Part shown: one piece after another, positions 11,932 through 24,980 of the stretch
How positions within the stretch are numbered: the first letter of the stretch is position 1
How the letters are laid out: every line of letters begins with the position of its first letter
From: Chiloscyllium plagiosum
Lineage: Eukaryota
Assembly: GCF_004010195.1 (NCBI RefSeq)
Contig: NC_057720.1
Location: forward strand, 11,363,370 to 11,427,369
Direction of reading: 5' to 3'
DNA length: 64,000 nt
Notes under the pieces: model-generated
The model's input: the letters and a program-made list of their open reading frames with translations, nothing else
Told to the model about the DNA's origin: nothing
Database searches by the model: none
Translations under genes and position numbers: made by a program

Positions 11932-12359
11932 GAGTGTTTGGTTGATAAGGTGCATCTTACTGAAAGACTGAGTAAGTCTAAGATCTCCATTGTGTGAGTG
12001 ATTAAGGTAAAAGGCCTTGACACTGACAGGATCAGGAGTCAGAAAAGGCTGTTAATATTCGAGACTTGACTGGAAGAGAACATTTCTCAAAATTTTGAAA
12101 AACATAAAGCAATAATATTGGGGAGCAGATGGGATTCTATTTAGTTGAAAGTTTAAAATTCTTTTAACTCTGATTTATTGAGCTGACTTGTTATTTTTTC
12201 TTATTTCTCCTGTGTATTAATCTTCTGTATCCTCATTAAAAACAAACTTGTTATATATATATGTTTATACTTCAGTGAAAAACTACAAAATGAAAGTAAA
12301 AGAACAACAAAAGATGTTCGAGCCAGACAGATTCCAGCCTCAAATCCAACTTATTTAGT
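11932..12359 (+). other. Candidate pair of spliced exons (11932-11971 and 12276-12359), unidentified
   Basis: GA|GTAAGT donor at 11972; TTATACTTCAG acceptor ending at 12275; phases are compatible, giving ECLVDKVHLTERLMKNYKMKVKEQQKMFEPDRFQPQIQLI*; no homolog recognised. Confidence 0.2.
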
Positions 12360-12639
12360 GGTAACATCATAAGATCAGTGAGATGTAAATATCTGTAGTA
12401 AGCAGCCAGAAATTTATTTCCATAAATTAACATCACATTATGAGCTAATCCAACATCAACCCTTTGCAATTCATAATTCTGCCAGGAACTGGTGAGGAAC
12501 TAGATGGAGACAGTTCCTATTTTAAAATAATGTGGATACGTGGTCAATGAGCTCACTGGTCGCGACTCCAGGTATCCATGTTCCAATCCATTCATTACCA
12601 TCTCAGGGCACTTCGCAAGACAGTGATTACCTCTACACT

Positions 12640-12930
12640 GTATTCACAGAACAAATGTGTCTTGCTGCAATTAAATAGGGCATTGGTGAGGGCACACCTG
12701 GAATATTGTGGGTAGTTTTGGTCTCCTTATCTGAGGAAGGATGTTCTGGCTATGGAGGGAGACCAGCGAAGGCGTAAGCAATTGATTCCTGAGATGGCAG
12801 GGCCGACGTACGGTAGGGGGGGAATTTAAGTCTGTTAGGATTGTATTCATTGAAGTTTAGAAGAATGTGGAGATTCTCTAGAAACCTGTAAAATTCGAGC
12901 AAGGCTAGGCAGAGTAAATGCTGGAAGAAT
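12640..12930 (+). mobile_element. Degraded CR1 RT C-terminal fragment
   Basis: GCACACCTGGAATATTGTG...TGGTCTCCTTATCTGAGGAAGGATG matches the CR1 HLEYCVQFWSP region. Confidence 0.75.
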
Positions 12931-12939
12931 GTTCCCATT

Positions 12940-13473
12940 GAACATAGAACATAGAACATTACAGCGCAATGCAGGCCCTTCAGCCTTCAATGTTGCACCG
13001 ACCAGTCACACTAATCTGAAGCTCATCTAACCTACACTATTCCAGGTACGTCCAATATGCTTGTCCAATGACAACTTAAATGTACTTAAAGTTGGCGAAT
13101 CTACTACCATTGCAGGCAAAGCATTCCATACCCTTACTACTCTCTGAGTAAAGAAACTACCTCTGACATCTGTCCTATATCTATCACCCCTCAATTTAAA
13201 GCTATGCCCCCTTGTGCTTGCTGTCACCATACTTGGAAAAAGGCTCTCCCTGTCCACCCTACCTAACCCTCTGATTATCTTACACGTCTCTATTAAGTCA
13301 CCTCTCAGCCTTCTTCTCTCTAACGAAAACAGCCTCATGTCCCTCAGCCTTTCCTCGTAAGACCTTCCCTCCATACCAGGCAACATCCTAGTAAATCTCC
13401 ACTGCACCCTTTCCAAAGCTTCCACATCCTTCTTATAATACGGTGACCAGAACTGTACACAATACTCCAAGTG
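12940..13473 (-). mobile_element. CR1 3' end with (TTCTATG)n tail
   Basis: HLEYCVQFWSPYYKKDVEALERVQ...FFTQRVVRVWNALP; GAACATAGAACATAG tail. Confidence 0.93.
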
Positions 13474-13945
13474 NNNNNNNNNNNNNNNNNNNNNNNNNNN
13501 NNNNNNNNNNNNNNNNNNNNNNNNNNNNNNNNNNNNNNNNNNNNNNNNNNNNNNNNNNNNNNNNNNNNNNNNNNNNNNNNNNNNNNNNNNNNNNNNNNNN
13601 NNNNNNNNNNNNNNNNNNNNNNNNNNNNNNNNNNNNNNNNNNNNNNNNNNNNNNNNNNNNNNNNNNNNNNNNNNNNNNNNNNNNNNNNNNNNNNNNNNNN
13701 NNNNNNNNNNNNNNNNNNNNNNNNNNNNNNNNNNNNNNNNNNNNNNNNNNNNNNNNNNNNNNNNNNNNNNNNNNNNNNNNNNNNNNNNNNNNNNNNNNNN
13801 NNNNNNNNNNNNNNNNNNNNNNNNNNNNNNNNNNNNNNNNNNNNNNNNNNNNNNNNNNNNNNNNNNNNNNNNNNNNNNNNNNNNNNNNNNNNNNNNNNNN
13901 NNNNNNNNNNNNNNNNNNNNNNNNNNNNNNNNNNNNNNNNNNNNN

Positions 13946-13992
13946 CCTGTTTGTCCTATATAGTGTTTTGTGCAGTCCTGGCATGGGATATA
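13946..13992 (-). mobile_element. Penelope GIY-YIG N-terminal motif at the gap edge
   Basis: Translates as YIPCQDCTKHYIGQTG (CxxC plus YIG motif of PLE endonucleases). Confidence 0.75.
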
Positions 13993-14850
13993 AACACGAT
14001 CAGAGACATCATGATCCCTGGCGCCTGGGAGGCAACACACCAGCCGTGAGTCTCTCTCGTCCCCACAGAACCTCCTATCTGTCCTTCTTACTATGGAGTC
14101 CCCAATGACTACTGCTCTGCTCCTCTTCCCCCTTCCCTTCTGAGCAGCAGGGACAGACTCTGTGCCAGAGCCCTGTGCCCCACTGCTTTCCTCTGGTAAG
14201 TCGTCCCCCTCAACAGTATCCAAAACGGTACACTTATTGTTGAGGGGACTGGCCACAGGGGATCCCTGCACTGCCTGCCGGTTCCCTTTCCGTCCCCTGA
14301 CTGTAACACATCTGCCTTTTTCTTGTACCTGAGGAGTGACTACCTCCCTGTAACTCCTCTCAATAACCCCCTCTGCCTCCCGAATGATCCAAAGTTCATC
14401 CAGCTCCAGCTCCAGTTCCCTAACCCGGTTTTCGAGGAGCTGGAATTGCGTGCACTTCCCGCAGATGTAGTCAGCAGGGACACAACATTCTGCAGGAGGA
14501 ACAGTCAACTGCCCTCACCTCCATTCCCACTATTCTAAATTCCCAAAGAGACTGTTAAAAAATAAGGAATAAAAAATAAACTCGTTGCCTTACCAATCTG
14601 GCGCACAGAACATTTTCTTTTGGTTAGAGGAGGAGGATGGGTGGGAGACACTACCCAAGTCGTGTTTCGGGTAACGCAACCACACAAATATATGACTTCC
14701 CAGAAGTCCTTCGATCCTCCCTCGCACCTCTCGGCAAATGGAGGCCCAACTCCCGAGGTAAGTCCCTTTTAATGCGGGAAAACTCACCCTTCCTGGCAGC
14801 CCTCGCTTCACCACTCCTTCTCTCCTCACCGCTCTGGCCAGTATTGGAGA
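13993..14850 (-). mobile_element. CR1 ORF1 N-terminal half and 5' UTR
   Basis: DYICGKCTQFQLLENRVRELELELDEL (zinc finger/leucine zipper); VVIGDSIVR and CCLPGAR (SGNH esterase). Confidence 0.88.
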
Positions 14851-14859
14851 AGTTCTACC

Positions 14860-15465
14860 TGAATCATGCTCTGACCAGAGTCCTTGTGAAAGGGTGTGGA
14901 TAGGGTTTTAAACTAAACAGTGGTTGGGATAAGTTCAGTTGCATGGAAAATTATGGAACAAGTTAAACAGGGGAGACCCAGCAGAGGTTATTAAAGTTTC
15001 CAAAAACAAACAATAGGCCAGAGAGTATGGAAAGCATCAGGAATCCAACTTCAGGCACAGCAGTTAAGGGGACAACTGAGAAGAGAGAGGCCAGTCAATG
15101 CAGGACTGAGGTTTAAGGGCTGAGTCAGCACTGCTTTGTCAAGGGGAAGCCACGCCTGACAAATCTATTAGAATTCTTTGAGGAGATAATGATCAAATTA
15201 GACAAGGAGAGCCAGTGGATGGGAACTATTTGGAATTTCTGAAGGCCTTTGACAAAATGTCACTCAGAAAGCTGCCAAGTAAGATGAGAACCCATGGTGT
15301 TAGGGGCAATGTACTGGCATGAATAGAGGATTGCCTGACTGGCAGAAGGGCTTCACAAACCAACTGAGCTAAACTAACCCTTATGTAATGCTAAGGTTGC
15401 ATAAAACTCTGGTCAGACCACATTTGTAATATTGTGAGCAGTTTTGGGCTCTGTATCATAAAGGC
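14860..15465 (+). mobile_element. Old, internally deleted CR1 pieces
   Basis: GGGTTTTAAACTAA ORF1 end; AAGGCCTTTGACAA (KAFDK) remnant. Confidence 0.65.
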
Positions 15466-16129
15466 CTGACCTCTACTCAGTTTTCTCCACAGATGCTGCC
15501 AGACCTGCTGAGCTTTTCCAGCAATTTCTGTTTTTGCGTCTCTTCCTATCTGAATACTCCTGAAAGTTGCTAATGAATCTGCATTTCCCATCCTGACAGG
15601 TAATGCAGGTCAGACTGTGAAACTTGCTGCATAGACAAAGCTCTCTTCACTTCTCTCCTGACTCGTCTTACCAATCATCTTAAAGCTATGCATTCTGTTT
15701 ATCAACTCCCTTGCTCGCGGAGACAGTTTATCTCTAGCTGTTATGCAAAGGCAGCTCATGAATGCCAATATTGTTCTCACGGACTTGCCCTGCACTGAGA
15801 AGAACAATCCCAGCTTCTAATGCCCGTCTGTTTAACAAAACCCTTCACCTTTGTTGCTTTCCTAGAAGCTTCCTCCACTCCAGATATCCTTCAGGAACGT
15901 CAATCCTGGAATGCTGCTAGTTGTTCCTCAGTCAGCGATATATAGCTTCAACGTCCACACAAACAAAAACAATCGAGAAAAGGAGACATGATCAAAAGCT
16001 ACCCGTTAGCTACGTGAACAAAGGAGCCAAGAGGAGACTTTTTCATACCGTGTACTACCAGAATAAGAAAGGCACTGCTGCCTGCTACTCACTTAAAGAT
16101 AATAAAAGGACGTGGGGTACACTAACAAC

Positions 16130-17258
16130 TCATTCATAAAGTCAGGAGGTCTGGGATACAGGGAGATTTGGTTATCTGGATTCAGAATTGGCTGGCTGAC
16201 AGAAGGCAGAGAGTGGTTGTAGATGGAAAGTATTCTGCTTGGAGGTCAGTGTTGAGTGGGGTCCCGCAGGGCTCTGTTCTTGGGCCTCTGCTCTTTGTAG
16301 TTTTTCTAAATGACTTGGATGAGAAGGTTGAGGGGTGGGTTAGTAAATTTGCTGATGACACTAAGTTTGGAGGTGTCGTCGATAGTATCGAGGGCTACTG
16401 CAGGCTGCAGTGCAACATAGACAGGATGCAGAGCTGGGCTGAAAAATGGCAGATGGAGTTCAACCTGGATAAATGTGAAATGATGCATTTTGGAAGGTCG
16501 AACTCGAATGCTGAATAGCGGATTAAAAACAGGATTCTTAGTAGTGTGGAGGAACAGAGGGATTGGGGTGTGCAAATACATAGATCCCTCAAAGTTGCCA
16601 CCCAAGTGGATAGGGTTGTTAAGAAAGCATATGGTGTTTTGGCTCTCATTAACAGGGAGATCGAGTTTAAGAGCCGTGAGGTTTTGCTGCAGCTCTACAA
16701 GTCCCTGGTGAGACCACACTTGGAATTTTGTGTCCAGTTCTGGTCGCCCTACTATAGGAAAGATACGGAAGCTTTGGAGAGGGTACAAAGAAGGTTTACC
16801 ACGATGCTGCCTGGACTGGAGGGCTTGCCTTCTGAAGAAAGGTTGACTAAGCTCGGACTTTTCTCTCTGGAGAGAAGGAGGAAGAGAAGTGACCTGATCG
16901 AAATATGCAGGGTAATGAGAGGCATGGATAGAGTCAATAGCCAGAGACTTTTCCCCAGGGCAGGATTGGCTGGTACGAGAAGTCATAGTTTGAAGATATT
17001 AGGAGGAAGGTATAAAGGAGTCGTCAGAGGTAGGTTCTTTATGCAGAGAGTTGTGAATGCATGGAATGCGTTGCCAACTGTGGTGGTGGAAGCAGAGTCA
17101 TTGGGGACATTTAAGTGACTGCTGGACATGCACATGGATAGCAGTGAGTTGAGGGGTGCATAGGTTAAGTTAGTATATTTTACATTAGGATTAAGTCTCT
17201 GCACAACATCCTGGGCCAAAGGGCCTGTTCTGTGCTGTACGTTTCTATGTTCTATGTT
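16130..17258 (+). mobile_element. 5'-truncated CR1 with tail and TSD
   Basis: GVPQGSVLGP, KFADDTK; (TTCTATG)n tail; CTAACAAC on both sides. Confidence 0.95.
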
Positions 17259-17509
17259 CTAACAACATTTGGAAAGGTTTGACAGGAATGTCATCATATA
17301 AAATCAATCCCACAAAAGGAGCCAAATTTAGAAATGAGTGCCCAAGCATGTAGATAAATACCAGGATCCTGGCCGTGTTTGGGGATTCTCTCTTTATTGA
17401 TAAGTTAACTCCTGAAGTAGTCTTAATGAAACACGTGAGCCATTATTCCCTTCCAACAGGTAACACCTGGAAACTCCATGCGATTCAATCCCAAACATAC
17501 AGAATTTAC

Positions 17510-18066
17510 GGCAGTACAGTGGCTCGGTGGTTAGCGCTGCTGCCTCACAGCACCAGGGACTGGAGTTTGATTCCACCCTCAGGTGATTGTCTGTGTGGAC
17601 TTTGCACATCCTCCCCATGTCTACATAGGTTTCCTCCCACAGTCTAAAAACATGAGGGGCACATTTTTTCCCACAGAGGGCGGTTCACATGTGGAATGAA
17701 CTTCCTGAGGCCATAGAGGATGTGGGTACAATTACAACATTCAAAAGACATTTGGATAAATACATGAATAGGAAAGGTTTGGAACAATATGGGCCAGGGG
17801 CAAATAGGTGGGATTAGTTTAGTTCAGCATGGACTGGCTTGACTGAAGTGTCTGTTTCCATTCTGTATGACGTGATGTGTGGATTAGGTGCATTGGCCAT
17901 GCTAAATTGTCCGTACTGTCCAGGGAGAAGCATGATAGGTGGGTTAGCCTTGAGAAATGCAGGGTTCCAGGGATGGGGAGCGGTGGGCTTGGATGGGATG
18001 CTCTTCAGAGGGTCGGCATAGACACGGTAGACAAACAGCCTGTTTCCTCATTGTCAGGATTCTATG
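17510..18066 (+). mobile_element. HE1/V-SINE interrupted by a CR1 3' fragment (about 17655-17870)
   Basis: tRNA-like head GTGGCTCGGTGGTTAGCGCTGCTGCC; resumes with GGATTAGGTGCATTGGCCATGCTAAATTG. Confidence 0.8.
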
Positions 18067-18652
18067 GTCCCCCTTGGAAGCTCGGATGCCAGTTGCATGA
18101 GAATTCCAGATAGCAAAGAGTGTACTGTATGCTTTAATGAATGTGCTACCAGCAAGTTTTCAGGTAATTCATGTCAGATCATGGAACTTGCTGCAAGCAG
18201 GTACCCTCCTCGGTTTCTAAACTTTCTGTTTACGAGTTAAGCCTCCATGTAATTTGTATTCCATTTGAAAGAGCGCAAATAACCTTTATATCACTTTACA
18301 TTTTACACTAAGAGAATAGGGTATTCATAAGGCATTGCCTCTGGGCTGTAGCACTCAATTATCAAACAATATTTGCACAAAAAGCATTAAATATTAAAAT
18401 ATATATATATAGAATGTGATGGATCGTTTAATATTTGCTCTGAGTAGCAATCATGTGTGCTGAATCTACTTTATAATGAATTCATTTATCGTTTTCAGTG
18501 TTTAACATATTTGTTACCTCTGGAGGCATTGTTCAAATTGTTGATTACAGGAAGTTAATTATAAAGTACTTAGGGATAGGATTTTAAATGATTTGACAAA
18601 ATATAGAGAGAGAATGGAGATGATAGGACTGATGACACACCAAGGTTAATGG

Positions 18653-19530
18653 TGTAAAGACCATATATTTCTATTTTCCTGTATTTTTGATTATGATTTG
18701 AAATAGGAAAAAGAGTGATTAAAAAATGAAGATTAGTGAAAACAATTGCTCCTCTTTTTAAAAGCAAGTTGCCTGACACTCCTGTTTATTCACGCAATGG
18801 GGGAAGCTAAATTACTGATGAGCTAGAGCAAGGGGCAGTATACAAAGGGAGGTTCATCTAGCAACAAGTAGCTGATTGGTCTGTGGGATGATGACCAATG
18901 TCAATGACAAAGCCCTTCTGCCTGCCAACAATAATGTGATTGGTTCTTGGGCAGCTGAATAGCTAATGGCATGTATGTTTGAGGGAGAGGTTACTGGACC
19001 ACTGAAAGGGAAGGAGTTTTGCCCTTTCTCTGACGTTAAAACCACTTCAAGGCCAAATGAAAGCAAGTTTACTTATTCCCTCATCAGTTGCTGTAAGGTG
19101 TGAGTCAGAGATTTTCCAAGTCGTTTACTAGTTGCCCTGTGCCTCCTGTAAGCAAGTGAAAAGATCCAGAGAAGTAAGATCAAGGAGTAGCATCCTAACA
19201 GTGCAAAAGGATCTTAACAGTGAACACTGGGGACAAGATGATTGAACATCTTTCACCGTCTTTATCTCCATCCAAAGCACCAATCTGTTTTTTTTCTTCT
19301 CCATGCCTGTCTGTATATCTGTGTATGGGAACTTTTATAGGGGATTAGAGTCTTAACTAGTAGCGTTAATTATTGTCAGTTCATAATTGTTTATCTGTAA
19401 TCAGAGTCACTTTTTTTGTAATAAGCAGTAATTCTTGATAAGTATGAAAACCTAGCCCATGCTTTCTGTCAACCTAAAAGCCAGGAAAATTGAGGGATTT
19501 TGATACTTTTATAATATCTGAAACCTATGC
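18653..19530 (+). mobile_element. Possible solo LTR
   Basis: TGT start, clustered CCAAT/ATTGG boxes at 18874-18945, U5-like T-rich end; no partner LTR or TSD confirmed. Confidence 0.3.
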
Positions 19531-19599
19531 CACCCTTTTGACATTTCCGTCCTGGGGAAATAGACACTGACTATCCAGCCTATCCATGCCTTTCAGGAT

Positions 19600-21095
19600 T
19601 ATAAGACCATGAAACCATCAGACATAGGTGGCAAACTAAGGCTATTTGGCCCATCAAGTCCACTCCGTCATTTAATGATGGCTGATGAACATTCCAACTC
19701 CACTTACCCGCATTCTCCCTGGAGCCCTTAATTCCTTGTGAGATCAAGAATTTATCAATCTCTGCCTTGAAGACATTTAACGTCCTGGGCTCCACTGCAC
19801 TCCGTAGCAATGAATTCCACAGGCCCACTACTCTCTAGCTAAAGAAATGTCTCCTTGTTTCCATTCTAAATTGACCCCTCTAATTCTCAGGCTGTGCCCA
19901 AGGGTCCTAGTCTCCCTGCCTAATGGAAACAATTTCCCAGCATCCACCCTTTCTAAGCCATGCATTATCTTGTAAGTTTCTTTTAGATCTCCGCTCAACC
20001 TTCTAAACTCTAATGAATACAATCCCAGGATCCTCAGCCATTCATTGTATGTTAGGCCTACAGTTCCAGGGATCATCCGTGTGAATCTCCGCTGGACACA
20101 CTCCAGTGCCAGTATGTCCTTCCTAAGGCGTGGGGCCCAAAACTAGACACAGTATTCTAAATGAGGCCTAACTAGAGCTTTATATAATCTCAGAAGCACT
20201 TTACTGCTTTTATATTCCAACCCTCTTGAGATAAAGGACAACATTACATTCGCTTTCTTAATCACGGTCTCAACCTGCAAGTTAACCTTTAGAGAATCCT
20301 GGACTAGCACTCCCAGATCCCTTTGTACTTTGGCTTTATGAATTTTCTCACTGTTTAGAAAATAGTCCATGCCTGTATTCTTTTTTCCAAAGTACAAGAC
20401 CTTGCATTTGCTCATGCTGAATTTCATCAACCATTTCCTAGACCACTCTCCTAAACTGTCTAAACCTTTCTGTAGCCTCCCCACTTCCTCAGTACTACCT
20501 GCCTGACAACCTAACTTCGTATCATCAGCGAACTTCGCCAGAATATCCCCAGTCCCTTCATCCAGATCATTATTAATGAACAGTTACGGCCCGAACACTG
20601 AACCTGTGGGACACCACTTGTCACCGGCTGCCATTCCAAAAAAGAACCTTTTATCCCAACTCTTTGCCTTCTATCAGGCAGCCAATCCTCAATCCATTTC
20701 AGTAGCTCACCTTGAACACCATGGGCCCTCACCTTACTCAATAACCTTCCATGAGGCACCTTATTAAGGGCCTGTTGTAAGTCTAGATAGATAACATCCA
20801 CCAGGTTTCCCTAGTCTAGCCTACTTGTTACCTCTTCAAAGAATTTGAATATGTTTGTCAGACATGATCTCCCCTTACTAAATCCATGCTGACTTGTTCT
20901 AATCTGACCCTGTACTTCCAAGAATTTAGAAATCTCATCCTTAATAATGGATTCTAGAATTTTACCTACAACCGAGGTTAGACTAATCGGCCTTTAACTT
21001 TCCATCTTTTGGTTTGATCCTTTCTTGAACAAGGAGGTTACAACAGTGATTTTCCCAATCATCTGGGACTTCCCTGACTCCAGTGACCTTTGAAA
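19600..21095 (-). mobile_element. CR1 ORF2 3' half (host of the nested CR1)
   Basis: DVIYLD...KVPHGRLL, VRPHLEYCV, LGLYSLEFRRL. Confidence 0.9.
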
Positions 21096-21099
21096 TTTC

Positions 21100-24000
21100 A
21101 GAGTAGCGGGATATGGATGTTAGGGCAGTTGCATGTTCCTCCTGCAGAATGTGGCAGATGAGAGACACGACACATGTCTCTGCCGATCACATCTGTGGGA
21201 AGTGTCCCCAATTCCAGCTCCTCGAAAATCGAGTTATGGAACTAGAGCTGGAGCTGGATGAACTACGCATCATCCGGGAGGCTGAGGGAGAAATTGAGAG
21301 GACGTACTGGGAGGTGGTCACTCCTCAGACACAGGATAAGGACAGCTGGGTAACAGTCAGGGGGCGGAAAGGGAACCAACAGATAAAGCAGGGATTCCCT
21401 GTGGCCGTTCCCCTCAGCAACAAGTATACTGTTTTGGATACTGCTGGTGGGGACGGCCTACCAAGGGAAAGCTTTACTTGTCAGGTCACTGGCACTGAGC
21501 CTGGCACTGTGGCTCAGAAGGGAAGGGTGGAGAATAGAAAAGCGCTAGTGGTAGGGGATTCAGTCATTAGGCAGATTGACAGGAGATTTTGTGGTCAGGA
21601 ACAGAGCTCCCGGAAGGTATGTTGCCTCCCCGGTGCCAGGGTCCGGGATGTCGCTGATCGGGTTTACAGGATTCTGAAGGGTGAGGGTGAGCAATAATAT
21701 AGCCAGGAAAGGGATTGAGGATCTGAAAGGTGACTACAGAGAGCTAGGTTGGAAGCTGAAGAGCAGGACGAGTAGAGTAGTGATCTCAGATTTGCAACTT
21801 GTGCCACGCGATAGTGAGATGAGGAACAGTCAGTGAATGCAGCTTAACACGTGGCTCCGAGGCTGGTGCAGGAGGGAGGGCTTCAGATACCTAGACCATT
21901 GGGATACCTTCTGGGAAGGTGGGACCTGTACCTGAAGGACGGGTTGCACCTGAACTGGAGGGGCACGAATGTCCTGCGTGGGAAATTTGTTCATGTGGTT
22001 CGGGAGGGTTTAAACTAGTCTGGCAGGGGGGTGGGAACCTGACCTACATACAACAAAGGGGGTAGTTGTAGATGAAGTAGTGACAGGATGTAATGAATCT
22101 ATCAGGAAGGTTTTTCATGTGGTGAAACGAAGGAATTGGTTAAAGTGTGTCTGCTTTAACGCAAGGAGTGTCAGAAATAAGAGCGATGAACTTAGAGCAT
22201 GGATCGGTACTTGGGGCTACGATGTTGTGGCCATGACGGAGACGTGGGTTTCACTGGGGCAGGAACGGTTGCTTGATGTTCCAGGGTTTAGAACGTTTAA
22301 AAAGAACAGGGAGGGTGGAAATTTAAAAAGAACAGGGAGGGTGGAAAAAGTGGAGGGCGTGTAGCATTACTAATCAGAGAGTGCATCACAGCTACAGAAA
22401 CGAAGGCTGTTGAGGAAGGTTTGTCTACTGAGTCAGTATGGGTGGAAGTTAGGAACAACAAGGGAGCAGCCACCCCTTTGGGGGTTTTCTACTCCCTAAT
22501 AGCAGTAGAGAGATTGAAGATCTCATAGGCTGGCAGATTTTCAAAAATGCAGATGTAGCAGGGTTGTTGTCATGGGTGACTTCAACTTTCCCAATATTGA
22601 CTGGAACCTCCTTAGTGCAGATGGTTCAGATGGAACTGTTTTTGTCAGGTGTGTTCAGGAGGGTGTTTTTACTCAGTATGTGGACAGGCCGACGAGGGGA
22701 GAGACCATTTTTGATTGGTGCTCAGCAGTGAGCCAGGACAGGTGTCAGATCTCACAGTGGGACAGTGGTGACAGTGACCACAACTGCCTCACATTTAGCA
22801 TAGCCTTGGAGAGTGAAAGGAGCAGTTACCGAAGGAAGGTATTTAATTGTGGAAAAGGAAATTTTGATGCTATCAGACAGATGTTGGGAAGTATAGATTG
22901 GGAGCAATTGTTCCACAGAAAGGGCACAGCAGACATGTGGAGACTGTTTAAGGAGCAGTTGTTGTGAGTGATGCACGAATTTGTTCCTCTGAGGCAGGTA
23001 AGGGGGGTAAGATTAAGGAGCCTTAGATGACAAGAACAGAGGACCTTCTCGTCAAAAGGAAGAAGGCAGCTCACGTAAGGTGGAGGAAGCAAGGATCTAG
23101 CACAGCTTTAGAGGATTACAGGCTTGCTAGAAAGGAGCTCAGAAATGGACTGAGGAGAGCCAAGAGGGGGCACGAGAAAGGTTTGGCATGAAGGATTAGG
23201 GAGAGCCCAAAGGTGATTTGCTCATATGTGATGGGAGAAGGTAGGGCCGGTCAGGGATAGTGTAGGGAACTTGTGTGTGGAGTCTGGGCAGATAGGAGAA
23301 GCCCTAAATGAGATTTTTGCTTCTGCTTTCACTAAGGAAAGGGAGGTTGTTGTGAATGAGAACTTTGAGGAGCTGGGAAACAGGCTTGACCAGATCAAGA
23401 TTGATGAAGTTGATGTGCTGGAAAGTTTGGCAAATATTAAGATTGATGAGCCCCAGGGCCAGAGCAGATTTACCCTAGGCTGCTCCGGGAAGCGAGAAAG
23501 GAGGATGCTAAGGCCCTGGCGAAGGTCTTTGCCTCTTCACTCTCATGGGAGTCATACCAGAGGATTGGAAGGAGGCAAATGTTATTCCTCTTTTCAAGAA
23601 GGGTAATAGGGAAATCCCTGGCAATTACAGACCAGTCAGTCTTACGTCTGTGGTCAGCAAGGTTTTGGAAAGAATTCTGAGGAATAGGATTTATGACTAT
23701 TTGGAAAAGCATGGAGTGATTAGAGACAATCAGCATGGCTTGGTGAGGGGCAGGTCGTGCCTCACAAATCTTATTGAGTTCTTTGAGGTGGTGACAAGAC
23801 AGGTCGACAACGGTCGAGCAGTGGATGTGGTGTATATGGACTTCAGCAAGGCATTTGATAAGGTTCCCCATGGTTGGCTCATTCATAAAGTCAGGAAGTA
23901 TGGGATACAGGGAGATGTGGCTATCTGGATTCAGAATTGGCTGGCTGACAGAAGGCAGAGAGTGGTTGTAGATGGAAAGTATTCTGCCTGGAGGTCAGTG

Positions 24001-24980
24001 GTGACTAGTGTCCCACAGGCCTCTGTTCTTGGGCCTCTGCTCTTTGTAGTTTTTATAAATGACTTGGATGAGGAGGTTGAGGGGTAGGTTAGTAAATTTG
24101 CTGATGACACAAAGGTTGATAGTATAGAGGGCTATTGCAGGCTGCAGCGCAACATAGACAGGACGCAGAGCTGGGCTGAAAAATGGCAGACGGAGTTCAA
24201 CCTGGATAAATGCGAAGTATTGCATTTTGGAAGGTTGAATCCGAATGCTGAATATAGGATTAAAGACAGGATTCTTAGAAGTGTGGAGGAACAGAGGGAT
24301 CTGGGTGTGCAGGTGCATTGATCCCTCAAAGTTGCCACCCAAGTGGATAGGGTTGTTAAGAAAGCATATGGTGATTTGGCTTTCATTAACAGGGGGGGTC
24401 GAGTTTAAGAGCTGTGAGGTTTTGCTGCAGCTCTACAAGTCCTGAGTGAGACCACACTTGGAATATTGTGTCCAGTTCTGGTCGCCCTATTATAGGAGGC
24501 TTTGGAGAGGGTACAAAGAAGGTTTACCAGGATGCTGCCTGGACTGGAGGGCTTGCCTTACAAAGAGAGGTTGACTAAGCTTAGACTTTTCTTTTTGGAG
24601 AGAAGGAGGAAGAGAGGTGTCCTGATTGAGGTGTACAGGGTAATGAGAGGCATGGATAGAGTCAGAGACTTTTCCCCAGGGCAGGATGGACTGGCATGAG
24701 AGGTCATAGTTTTAAGATATTAGGAGGAAGGTATAGAGGAGAAGTTAGAGGTAGGTTCTTTATGCAGAGAGTTGTGAATGCATGGAATGCGTTGCCAGCG
24801 GTGGTGGTGGAAGCAGAGTCATTGGGGACATTTAAGCGACTGCTGGACAAGCACATGGACAGCAGTGAATTGAGGGGTGTGTAGGTTAGGCTATTTTATT
24901 TTAGATTAGGAATAATCCTCGGCACAACATCGTGGGCCTTAGGGCCTGTTCTGTGCTGTACTTTTCAATGTTCTATGTTC
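21100..24980 (+). mobile_element. Near full-length CR1 (ORF1 and ORF2), multiply disrupted
   Basis: ORF1 MDVRAVACSSCRMW...CGKC...GDSVIR; APE FNARS, MTETW, MGDFNFP; RT NYRPVSLTS, YMDFSKAFDKV; TGTTCTATGTTC tail. Confidence 0.95.

Noticed and set aside
13027..14508. 493-aa ORF and other X-rich ORFs (also 7159-7985)
   Set aside because: Artefacts of reading through N gaps and joining unrelated elements
21113..21697. Host zinc-finger or esterase gene
   Set aside because: CR1 ORF1 in its normal position upstream of ORF2, ending in a premature stop
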